Source: a bacterium
GTDB lineage: Bacteria; 4484-113; JAFGCY01
Direction: 5' to 3'
Assembly: GCA_020440645.1 (NCBI GenBank)
Contig: JAGRNR010000009.1
Coordinates: 5,092-69,091 of the forward strand
DNA: 64,000 nt
Every line of letters begins with the position of its first letter. Within the stretch, counting starts at the first letter, position 1. The notes beneath the pieces were generated by a model. It did not search any database and was not told where the DNA came from. It saw nothing but the letters and a program-made list of their open reading frames with translations. The position numbers and the translations under genes are program-made. Positions 18,158-25,750 of the stretch are shown one piece after another.

Positions 18158-18163
18158 ATTCTA
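18158..18163 (-). promoter_or_regulatory. Putative -10 box TAGAAT, 46 nt upstream of the receiver gene
   Basis: The + strand reads attcta. It is followed by AAAGGTGA (SD-like) about 10 nt before the ATG at 18111. Confidence 0.4.
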
Positions 18164-18342
18164 CCACACACATATTTATATGTGAAACGATTTGATTGTA
18201 CATAATGTAATCTTAGTTTAACTAAAGTTTAATAATAGACAATATGAACAGTCAGTTTTCCCTGACTGTCAACACTAAGTGCAAGCACCTTGTTAATACA
18301 TGGTTTATCATTCTGGCAATACTCTGCTGCGCGGAGGAGCAC

Positions 18343-20775
18343 GTGTCTCACACAACCCGGAACTTGAAACTTGTCGCAATTGCGTTGACAATTTGCATGC
18401 TTGCTGCGACTGAATCTCAGGCAGCACCTGATGTGCCAACACGTGCCGGCGAGAACTTCCTCGAGATCCGCCAGCCGGATGGAAGCTACAAACCGATCTT
18501 CGTGAAGGGTATGAGCCTGTCTGCGGCACTTCCCGGCAAGCACCCCAGTGAATTCCCACACGACGAGCAACTCTTCCGGGACTGGCTGAAGAAACTGGCG
18601 GACATGAACTGCAATGTGATCCGCCTTTATACAATTCTGCCGCCCGAAGTCTATCGCGCCCTGCGCTACCACAACACCACCTATCCGGACCAGACCATCT
18701 GGCTGATCCAGGGCTGCTGGGTCACTCCGCCGACGGACCCCGACTACGATTTCTGGGGCCAGAAGTTCAACGATGAAGTTGAGCTGAACTCGCGCCATGC
18801 AGTAGACCTGGTCTATGGAAATGCGAACTTTGATGACAGGCCGGGCTGGACGGGCGGCCGCTATGACGCGGATGTGTCCCCCTGGCTGCTGGCCTGGCTG
18901 TGGGGCCGCGAGTGGGAACCCGATGACATCGAGCGCTTCCACGAGCTGACCAACCGCCGCGAGTACAAGGGCCGCTACATCAGCGCGATCGATAAGCAGC
19001 CGATTGACTGCTGGCTGGCCAAGATGTGCGATTACGCCGTTTCCTACGAAATGGACCAGTACAACAAGCAGCACCCGATCACCTACAGCTCATGGCCGGT
19101 GACTGACCCGATGGAGCATGTCAGCGAGAGCAAGCTGTCCGTCAACTCGGCCGAGAATGAGGGCCGCGTGGACATCTTCAGCAGTGACACGATCCAGATG
19201 ACCGTGAAGGACTTCACCGTCTCGCCGGACTTCAAGGCCGGTGTGTATGCCTCATACCATATTTATCCTTACTGGCCCGACTTCTTCGACAATGAGGTCG
19301 AGTACAGCCTGTGCAAGGACCGCTTCGGGGTCAGCAACTACTACGGTTACCTGACCCACCTGAAGGAGCATTACGGCACGATGCCGCTGCTGGTTGCCGA
19401 GTATGGCCTGCCCAATGGTCCGATGCCGGCGCACAAGCAGAAGCAGGGCCTGCACCACGGCGGCCACTCCGAGGAGGAAGTGATTGACGGCATGGAACGG
19501 CTGACCTATGACATCTGGGACAGCGGCTGCGCCGGTGCGATCGTGTTCGCCTGGATCGATGAGTGGTTCAAGAAGACCTGGATCTGGGCTGATTTCTATG
19601 ACCCCTGGGATGACCGCCGGCTTTGGTACAACCAGTATGACCCGGAGGAGAACTACGGCATGATCGCCCTGCTGCCCGGCGAGGGTGGCCCGAACAACAC
19701 GCTCAGCGGCAATGACGCTGAGTGGGAGGATGTCAGCGTCCTGCCCGGCGATTCGGTGGCCGTCGCTGACAACGCCCCGGTGATCACGAGCGTCAAGGCG
19801 ATGCATGATGAAGGCTGGTTCCACCTGCGCATCCGGCTGGACAACTTTGATGACTGGGACTTCGACAAGACGGAGCTGAGCATCGGTTACGACATCCTCG
19901 ACAGGCTGGGTGGCAACTTCGCCTGGCCCGGCCCGCTGAAGTTCCTCAGTGACAGCGGCCTGGAGACCGTAGTGCAGATCAAGAGCGGCCAGGCCTACAT
20001 GTACCAGACCGAGACCTGGCGCTTCTGGCGACCCTTCAATGATGAGGTGTCCAAGTCCATCTCGCTCGGTGAGGCCAAGCCGCACTACCTGCAGATGGAG
20101 GAGAACCGCTGGAGCTGGTTCGAGCCCTGGGTGGAAACCAACATCTACCGGCTCGGGCGTGACGGGACCTTCTTCCCGTCCCAGTCCTTCAAGCTCAACC
20201 CGCTGCCGCGCGGCACCCTGATCGAGGGCCAGCCGCGATACACCCAGCAGGCAATCTGGAACTCCGACCCCGATAGCAAGGTAGTGGAGATCCGCATGCC
20301 CTGGATCCTGCTCGGTTTCGTCGGCCCGCACCAGCGTCGCGTGTTGCAAAGCGATATCGACGAGCCCTCGAAGAATTCAAGTGTGGTGACTGATGGCATC
20401 GGCGTGGGACTGGCGATGTCCAGCGCGCGCGGTGATGCGCTTGCGGTCTGGCCCGGCATGGATGTCTATGACGCGGACGACCCAAACAGCATCCTCAGCT
20501 CACAGTTCGACGGCTGGAACCGCATCCTGACCAGCAAGAGCGGGATCTACACCTGGGACGAGTGGGGCGTGGAGGATATCCGGTACCACGGACGCATCAA
20601 GCCGATCTATTACGCGATGCGTGACCTGTTCGGAAGCATTGAACAGGTGCGACCACTTTGGAAGGATGGGCCGCAGCGCCAGCCGGTTCCGGATGGCACG
20701 GAGATGCCGGAGACGCCTCCGCTGGCTGAGCCCCTCAAGATCGACCACGCGGCGATCCTGCGCCAGCAGAACTGA
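18343..20775 (+). CDS. Secreted TIM-barrel glycoside-hydrolase-like protein (about 810 aa)
   Basis: GGAGGA at 18333..18338, then 4 nt, then the GTG at 18343, giving VSHTTRNLKLVAIALTICMLAATESQA (signal). The track start at 18244 adds 33 AT-rich, atypical codons. Motifs CNVIRLYTILPPEVY, LLVAEYGLPNG and FAWIDEWFKKTW resemble GH clan-A strands. Confidence 0.7.
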   Translation: MSHTTRNLKLVAIALTICMLAATESQAAPDVPTRAGENFLEIRQPDGSYKPIFVKGMSLSAALPGKHPSEFPHDEQLFRDWLKKLADMNCNVIRLYTILPPEVYRALRYHNTTYPDQTIWLIQGCWVTPPTDPDYDFWGQKFNDEVELNSRHAVDLVYGNANFDDRPGWTGGRYDADVSPWLLAWLWGREWEPDDIERFHELTNRREYKGRYISAIDKQPIDCWLAKMCDYAVSYEMDQYNKQHPITYSSWPVTDPMEHVSESKLSVNSAENEGRVDIFSSDTIQMTVKDFTVSPDFKAGVYASYHIYPYWPDFFDNEVEYSLCKDRFGVSNYYGYLTHLKEHYGTMPLLVAEYGLPNGPMPAHKQKQGLHHGGHSEEEVIDGMERLTYDIWDSGCAGAIVFAWIDEWFKKTWIWADFYDPWDDRRLWYNQYDPEENYGMIALLPGEGGPNNTLSGNDAEWEDVSVLPGDSVAVADNAPVITSVKAMHDEGWFHLRIRLDNFDDWDFDKTELSIGYDILDRLGGNFAWPGPLKFLSDSGLETVVQIKSGQAYMYQTETWRFWRPFNDEVSKSISLGEAKPHYLQMEENRWSWFEPWVETNIYRLGRDGTFFPSQSFKLNPLPRGTLIEGQPRYTQQAIWNSDPDSKVVEIRMPWILLGFVGPHQRRVLQSDIDEPSKNSSVVTDGIGVGLAMSSARGDALAVWPGMDVYDADDPNSILSSQFDGWNRILTSKSGIYTWDEWGVEDIRYHGRIKPIYYAMRDLFGSIEQVRPLWKDGPQRQPVPDGTEMPETPPLAEPLKIDHAAILRQQN

Positions 20776-20801
20776 CCGTTGTCAATTCCAGGTTAAGCAA
20801 T

Positions 20802-20821
20802 GTGCCGGAGCAATCCGGCAC
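20802..20821 (+). terminator. Hairpin gtgccgga gcaa tccggcac (8-bp stem, GNRA-type loop), 27 nt after the stop at 20775
   Basis: Perfect inverted repeat read directly. No U-tract follows. Confidence 0.35.
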
Positions 20822-20863
20822 GGGAATGCGCGCACGGCCGGCGCCGGTCAAATCCGCATCTAA

Positions 20864-20974
20864 TCAGAGCAAGTGGCGCCAGTTGCTGAAGAACACGTAC
20901 CAGCAGCCGTTAAATATCCCAGCAACCACGACCGCGATCAGGATGTAGAGCAGGGTATCCCTGGCTATCCGCAT
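20864..20974 (-). CDS. Small hydrophobic peptide (36 aa), not in the ORF track
   Basis: My translation is MRIARDTLLYILIAVVVAGIFNGCWYVFFSNWRHLL, with one TM. TATACT (20986..20981) sits exactly 6 nt upstream of the ATG, the same leaderless geometry seen at about 9 other genes. Confidence 0.45.
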   Translation of the reverse strand: MRIARDTLLYILIAVVVAGIFNGCWYVFFSNWRHLL

Positions 20975-20980
20975 CCGATC

Positions 20981-20986
20981 AGTATA
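20981..20986 (-). promoter_or_regulatory. -10 box TATACT, 6 nt upstream of the small-ORF ATG at 20974
   Basis: The minus strand reads TATACT gatcgg ATG. Confidence 0.45.
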
Positions 20987-20988
20987 GT
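20983..20988 (+). promoter_or_regulatory. Putative -10 box TATAGT for motA, overlapping the divergent minus-strand -10
   Basis: The + strand reads TATAGT, 36 nt before the GTG at 21025, which is preceded by GGAAGG (21015..21020). Confidence 0.35.
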
Positions 20989-21024
20989 CCATCGGGCAGC
21001 TCGAGCCGGCTGCCGGAAGGTGTC

Positions 21025-21825
21025 GTGGAATCCACGGGATGGCTCACGGCAATGGATATTGCAAGCCTTGTAGGAGTGCTGATCTGCTTCGGCGGAGTGT
21101 TTGCAGGCTTCTCGATCGAGGGCGGGTCACCGACGCAGCTGATGGCTATCAGCGCTGCATGCATCGTGTTCGGCGGAGCCGGCGGGGCCACGATGGTGGC
21201 CTTCCCGCTGTCTACCTCGATCAACCTCTGGAAGGTGATCATGCAGTGCTTCATGCGCCCCAAGGTCGACCCGATCCCGGTGATCAAGAAGTTTGTCGAG
21301 TTCTCCGAGAAGGTGCGCCGCGAGGGCCTGCTTGTGCTGGAAGAGGATGCCAACAACGAAAGCGACCCCTTCCTGCGCAACGGCCTGCAGCTGGTGATCG
21401 ATGGCAATGACACCGAACTCGTGAAGGACATCCTGCATACGGACATCAAGTTCGTGGAGGAGCGCCACCACGTCGGCCAGGCCTACCTGCAGACGATGGC
21501 GGGCTTCACGCCGACCTTCGGGATCGTGGGCACCGTGATGGGCCTCGTGCTGGTGCTGTCAAACCTCTCCGACCCCGGCAGCCTCGGCCCGATGGTGGCG
21601 GCGGCATTCATCGCCACGCTCTATGGGGTGGGCAGTGCCAACGCCCTTTTCCTGCCATGGGCCTCCAAGCTGAAGATTGCCAGCAAGGAGGAGGTGCTCG
21701 TGCGCGAGATCATGGTGGAGGGCATCCTCTCGATCCAGGCCGGTGACAACCCGCGCATCGTGCAGGAGAAGCTCGCGGCATTCCTGCCGCCCAAGGAGCG
21801 TTCCCACGTCAAGCAGGAAGGCTGA
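21025..21825 (+). CDS. motA: Flagellar-type stator protein MotA (MotA/TolQ/ExbB channel family)
   Basis: TPTFGIVGTVMGLV and ATLYGVGSANALFLPWASKL (the two conserved Pro contexts). The cytoplasmic loop VRREGLLVLEED has an Arg and a Glu 8 residues apart, as in the FliG-contacting pair. An alternative start is the ATG at 21052 (MDIASLVG). Confidence 0.85.
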   Translation: MESTGWLTAMDIASLVGVLICFGGVFAGFSIEGGSPTQLMAISAACIVFGGAGGATMVAFPLSTSINLWKVIMQCFMRPKVDPIPVIKKFVEFSEKVRREGLLVLEEDANNESDPFLRNGLQLVIDGNDTELVKDILHTDIKFVEERHHVGQAYLQTMAGFTPTFGIVGTVMGLVLVLSNLSDPGSLGPMVAAAFIATLYGVGSANALFLPWASKLKIASKEEVLVREIMVEGILSIQAGDNPRIVQEKLAAFLPPKERSHVKQEG

Positions 21826-21851
21826 CGGGGAAGCCCCGCGAGGAGTGATAC

Positions 21852-22784
21852 GTGTACATACCACAGGCACCACAAGGCAATGAAGGCGGCGATGAGCGCT
21901 GGCTGATCAGCTATGCTGACATGATCACGCTGCTCACCGTCGTGTTCATCATCCTGTTCTCGATGTCCAACATCGAGATGGAGAAGTTCAAGGCCCTCGC
22001 CGAGAGCATGACGGACGGCATGGGTGCCAACCGCAAGAGCACCACACTTGACCCCGAGCAGAGCATCGGGGAGGACGCCAGCACGACACCGATTGACATC
22101 GGCACGATCAGTGGCGGCGAGTCGCCCTCGATCCTGTTCCCCGAGCACCAGACCCCGATCCAGATCTTCCGCTTCCGCCGCATCATGGAGGGCGAGAACG
22201 GGGATGAGGGACTGCTGGAGAAGCTGCGCGACATCCTTGACAACGAAGCCCGCCGGGAAGGCGAGCAGATCATGCAGGAATTCGGGCACGACGAACGCGT
22301 CAGCATGCGCTTCACGGAACGCGGCATCGTGCTGACCTTCCTTGACGACCAGCTGATGTTCGACAGCGGCAGCGCCGACATGAAGCCGGGATTCCGTAAT
22401 GTGCTGGCAGCCCTCGGCTCGGAGCTGAACCGCCTGCCGAACTCGGTCGAGGTGCTGGGCCACACGGATGACCGGCCGATTGCCAGTGCCCGCTACCCCA
22501 GCAACTGGGAACTGTCAGCCGCACGCGCGGCAAGCGTTGCCAGGCTACTGATCGCCAATGGATTCCCGCGGGACAAGGTCAGCGTGGCCGGCTATGCCGA
22601 CACCCATCCGCTGGCGGGCAACGACAGCGTGCATGGGCGGGCCGCCAACCGCCGGGTGGAAATCGTGATCCTGCGGGGCTATAACGAACCGGCCGCGGAT
22701 GACACGGAGGAACCGGCCCAGCCGCTAGTCGGGCCACAGCCCAGCCCGGGCATGCCGGTGCACAGCCTGGGGGCGGGACACTGA
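21852..22784 (+). CDS. motB: Stator protein MotB with an OmpA-like peptidoglycan-binding domain
   Basis: AGGAG at 21841, then 6 nt, then the GTG at 21852. WLISYADMITLL (conserved channel Asp). GHTDDRPI...NWELSAARAASVARLL...NRRVEIVIL (OmpA-like). Confidence 0.9.
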   Translation: MYIPQAPQGNEGGDERWLISYADMITLLTVVFIILFSMSNIEMEKFKALAESMTDGMGANRKSTTLDPEQSIGEDASTTPIDIGTISGGESPSILFPEHQTPIQIFRFRRIMEGENGDEGLLEKLRDILDNEARREGEQIMQEFGHDERVSMRFTERGIVLTFLDDQLMFDSGSADMKPGFRNVLAALGSELNRLPNSVEVLGHTDDRPIASARYPSNWELSAARAASVARLLIANGFPRDKVSVAGYADTHPLAGNDSVHGRAANRRVEIVILRGYNEPAADDTEEPAQPLVGPQPSPGMPVHSLGAGH

Positions 22785-22785
22785 G

Positions 22786-23097
22786 ATGGAGGATGCATGG
22801 TACAGCAGGAACTGGTTCAGGCTGGTAGTCCTGCTGCTGCCGGTCTGCCTGGTCGTGCTGCTGGCCTGGGGCTGCCCAGGCGGGGAAGGCACCGGGTTTG
22901 GCCAGAATTTCATGGACGTTGCCAGTACCGGGCACAGCACGATTGACGACTACCGCTACGTGGCGGACAGCAGCCGGCACCTGTACTGGCCTAACACGCC
23001 GAAGTACCGCAACCGGATCAGGAGAGAGGACCGCGTGTACATCCTTGACTATGACACGCTCAAGGAGTTCCACGGCTACAAGCCGGGAGAGAAATAG
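22786..23097 (+). CDS. Small lipoprotein of unknown function (103 aa)
   Basis: FRLVVLLLPVCLVVLLAWGC (signal plus Cys). It starts 1 nt after the motB stop. Confidence 0.6.
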   Translation: MEDAWYSRNWFRLVVLLLPVCLVVLLAWGCPGGEGTGFGQNFMDVASTGHSTIDDYRYVADSSRHLYWPNTPKYRNRIRREDRVYILDYDTLKEFHGYKPGEK

Positions 23098-23165
23098 GAC
23101 ACAAGTTCGAAAACTGCAGGTTATAGATACTGTTGAGTTGAACCCCCGAAGAGAGGGATTTTTAT

Positions 23166-24071
23166 ATGGCTGACAATCAGGCAATTGACGTTGATGAGGT
23201 GCAGGAAAGCAAGCCTGCCAAGAAGGTCCGCAAGGCTGCGGGCGGAGGCGCAAAGCCGCCGCTGATGATGATCGTCTCACTGGCGGTCGCGGTGGCAGCC
23301 ATCGCCTTCAGCGCACTGCTGTTCATGCAGCTAAACGGGCTGAAGGCAAAGCTGGAGGACAGCGGCACACTGGCAGTGCCCGGCGAGGAGGATGCGATGC
23401 ACGCCGACGACGGGCATGGAGAGCACGGGGATTCCCCCGACAACTTCGTGATCCCGGCGGAGGGCGTGCTGTACGAGCTCGGCGAGTTCAAGACCAACAC
23501 CGCTGACAACGAGTTCGTGCAGATGAACGTGATCCTCGAGATTGACAGCCTCTACGACCGCCATGAATGGGAGGTCTACGAGGCGATGATGGAGAAGTAC
23601 GACAGCGGCGTGCAGCTCTACCGCAACTACCAACTCGGCCTTGACGAGGAGGGCAACCCGAAGGACGGGGGCAAGGGCGGACATGCCGCCCTGCCACCGG
23701 AGGATGTCCAGCAGTTGGACCCGGCGCCGGCCGATGGCCCGGTGGAGGTTGTCACTGCAGCGGCGGGCAGCACGGACGGGGTGGAGGTGGTGCCGGCGAT
23801 GCACGGCGCCCCGAAGGAGGCCCCGCCGCCGGAGATGCCGGAGCTGCCGGAGAAGCCGCGCTCGATCATGGAGATCCGCCTGATGGAGAATGAATCGCGC
23901 ATCCGTGACATGATCATCGACGAGATCGCGCGCACGGTGTCCGACGACTTCATCCGCCCGAGCGGCAAGGACCTGTTCAAGGACAACATCCGCATCAAGA
24001 TCAATGACATCATCGGCGAGCAGTACGGCCGGGTGACCGAGGTGCTGCTGCCCAACATCGTCAGTTCATAG
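23166..24071 (+). CDS. fliL: FliL-like stator-associated protein with a long acidic/Pro-rich insertion
   Basis: One TM (LMMIVSLAVAVAAIAFSALLF). FliL-like blocks YELGEFKTNTADNEFVQMNVILEI and ESRIRDMIIDEIARTVSDDFIRPSGKDLFKDNIRIKINDII...VTEVLLPNIV are split by roughly 100 extra residues. Confidence 0.65.
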   Translation: MADNQAIDVDEVQESKPAKKVRKAAGGGAKPPLMMIVSLAVAVAAIAFSALLFMQLNGLKAKLEDSGTLAVPGEEDAMHADDGHGEHGDSPDNFVIPAEGVLYELGEFKTNTADNEFVQMNVILEIDSLYDRHEWEVYEAMMEKYDSGVQLYRNYQLGLDEEGNPKDGGKGGHAALPPEDVQQLDPAPADGPVEVVTAAAGSTDGVEVVPAMHGAPKEAPPPEMPELPEKPRSIMEIRLMENESRIRDMIIDEIARTVSDDFIRPSGKDLFKDNIRIKINDIIGEQYGRVTEVLLPNIVSS

Positions 24072-24082
24072 GAGGGCCTGCG

Positions 24083-25750
24083 ATGAGGGGAAGGAGCCTG
24101 TGGGCTGCACTGGCGGCCCTCGCGCTTGCGCTGGCCGGTTGCGGCGGCGGTGCACGCTACATACAGTTCAGTCCGCAGGAGCAGACCGTCACCAGGCTGC
24201 AGAGTGACGGTGGGCGGATCACGGCGATCATCCAGCCGGGCACCCTGGCTGACGACGTGGAGATCGCGCTGCGTGACCGCAGCGAGGGCGACCGCGGACT
24301 GCCCGGAGTGGAGGGCCGCAGCCTGGCAATCTCCTTCGAGATCAGCGGCAGCATGCCGGCCCCGCCGGTAGAGACAGCTGATGATGGCAGTGCAGCGGTT
24401 TCCGCGGTACAGGGACGCTTCATCCCGGTCGAGCTGAGTGGCAGCATTGAGATCGAACTGGCGCTGGCCAGCGCCTGGCCGCTGGCAACGCCGCTCGATG
24501 TGCAGTCGTGGAATGAGTCCAGCCAGCGCTACGAGGAGGCCGGCCTGTCCGCCAGCCTGGCGGAAGGCGGCCTGAGCCTGAGCTTCAGCATCACGAACTT
24601 CGGGCGCTATGCACTGTACGGCCCGCTGCCGGTGGAGTATCCGCTGGCGGCACCACCGGCACCACGGTTATCTGCCGCATCCACGCAGCTGCGCGGCCTC
24701 GAATGGGACAGCGTGCCTGGTGCGGCGGGCTTCAACCTGTACCGCAGTGCGGCCGGAGAGGAATCCTTCAGCAAGCTCAATGAGGAACTGCTGCAGGCCG
24801 GCAGCCATACGGACATCCTGCCTACAGCCGGTGGATATGAGTACGCACTCAGCGTGCTGCGTGACAACGGCATCGAAAGTGAGTTGTCAGCCGTGCTGGC
24901 CAGTCCGGCGGTGGACTTCGACCTGCTGCGCGAGTTCATGAGCCCGCAACTTGATGCACCGGGCAGCCTGCTGTTTGATGCTGCCAACCGGCGCCTGCTG
25001 GTCTGCGACGAAGCGGATCCGGCCCTGTTGGCCTTCGATGAGGAGGGCCACCTGCTGCGCCGCATAGACAAACTGGGCAGTGCCGCAATGCGTGAGCCGG
25101 CAGCGCTGGCAATCGACCCCGGCACCGGCGAGGTGTACCTCTGTGACAATGGCTACAGCCAGGTGTTCCGGCTCAACAGCCAGCTTGACTTCCGCTCCAA
25201 GTTCGGCGCGGGTGGCAATAGCCCGGCCGAGTTCGATGTACTGAGTGGCATCTGCTGCGATGGCGAACGGATCGTGACTCTGGACAGCGGACGCAACCTG
25301 CTTTCGACTTTCACCCCGCTTGGCGTCTACCTGGACGCGCCATTGGATCCGCTGGATGCACAGCTTGCGTTGGCCGGGGCATCCGGCATCCTGCTCATGC
25401 CCGATGGCGGCATGGTGCTGGCCGATACTGGCAATGACCGTGTGCTGCTGCTCGACAGTGAGTTCGCCGCTTCCGCCGAACTGGCCCGCCCTGCCGGCAA
25501 CGGAACACTCACTGCGCCACGCGCTGTGGTGGCTGATGTATTCGGCCGCCTGTTCGTCAGCGAACCTTCGATGGGACGGGTGAGCGTGTTTGACAGCAGC
25601 GGGGAGTACAGCTTCCAGTTCGGCAGCGATGGCCTGCTCAATGTGGAGTTCGGTGCCGCAGGTCCGACGGGGCTGGCCTATGACCCGGCGACGGGCTACC
25701 TGTATGTCAGCGACCCCTCGGCTGGGCGGATCGCGGTGTTCGCCAGCTAG
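24083..25750 (+). CDS. Lipoprotein with an FN3-like domain and an NHL-repeat beta-propeller
   Basis: MRGRSLWAALAALALALAGCGGG. NHL-like repeats PAALAIDPGTGEVYLCDNGYSQVFRL, LADTGNDRVLLLD, LFVSEPSMGRVSVFD and PTGLAYDPATGYLYVSDPSAGRIAVF. GGAGGG lies 7 nt before the ATG. Confidence 0.85.
   Translation: MRGRSLWAALAALALALAGCGGGARYIQFSPQEQTVTRLQSDGGRITAIIQPGTLADDVEIALRDRSEGDRGLPGVEGRSLAISFEISGSMPAPPVETADDGSAAVSAVQGRFIPVELSGSIEIELALASAWPLATPLDVQSWNESSQRYEEAGLSASLAEGGLSLSFSITNFGRYALYGPLPVEYPLAAPPAPRLSAASTQLRGLEWDSVPGAAGFNLYRSAAGEESFSKLNEELLQAGSHTDILPTAGGYEYALSVLRDNGIESELSAVLASPAVDFDLLREFMSPQLDAPGSLLFDAANRRLLVCDEADPALLAFDEEGHLLRRIDKLGSAAMREPAALAIDPGTGEVYLCDNGYSQVFRLNSQLDFRSKFGAGGNSPAEFDVLSGICCDGERIVTLDSGRNLLSTFTPLGVYLDAPLDPLDAQLALAGASGILLMPDGGMVLADTGNDRVLLLDSEFAASAELARPAGNGTLTAPRAVVADVFGRLFVSEPSMGRVSVFDSSGEYSFQFGSDGLLNVEFGAAGPTGLAYDPATGYLYVSDPSAGRIAVFAS

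Noticed and set aside
21025-22784. MotA/MotB pair as a Zorya-type (ZorAB) anti-phage system
   Set aside because: The MotA homologue is of normal stator length without the long C-terminal tail of ZorA. No ZorC/D-like genes follow. A FliL-like gene is linked, and the FliG-contact Arg/Glu spacing is retained.
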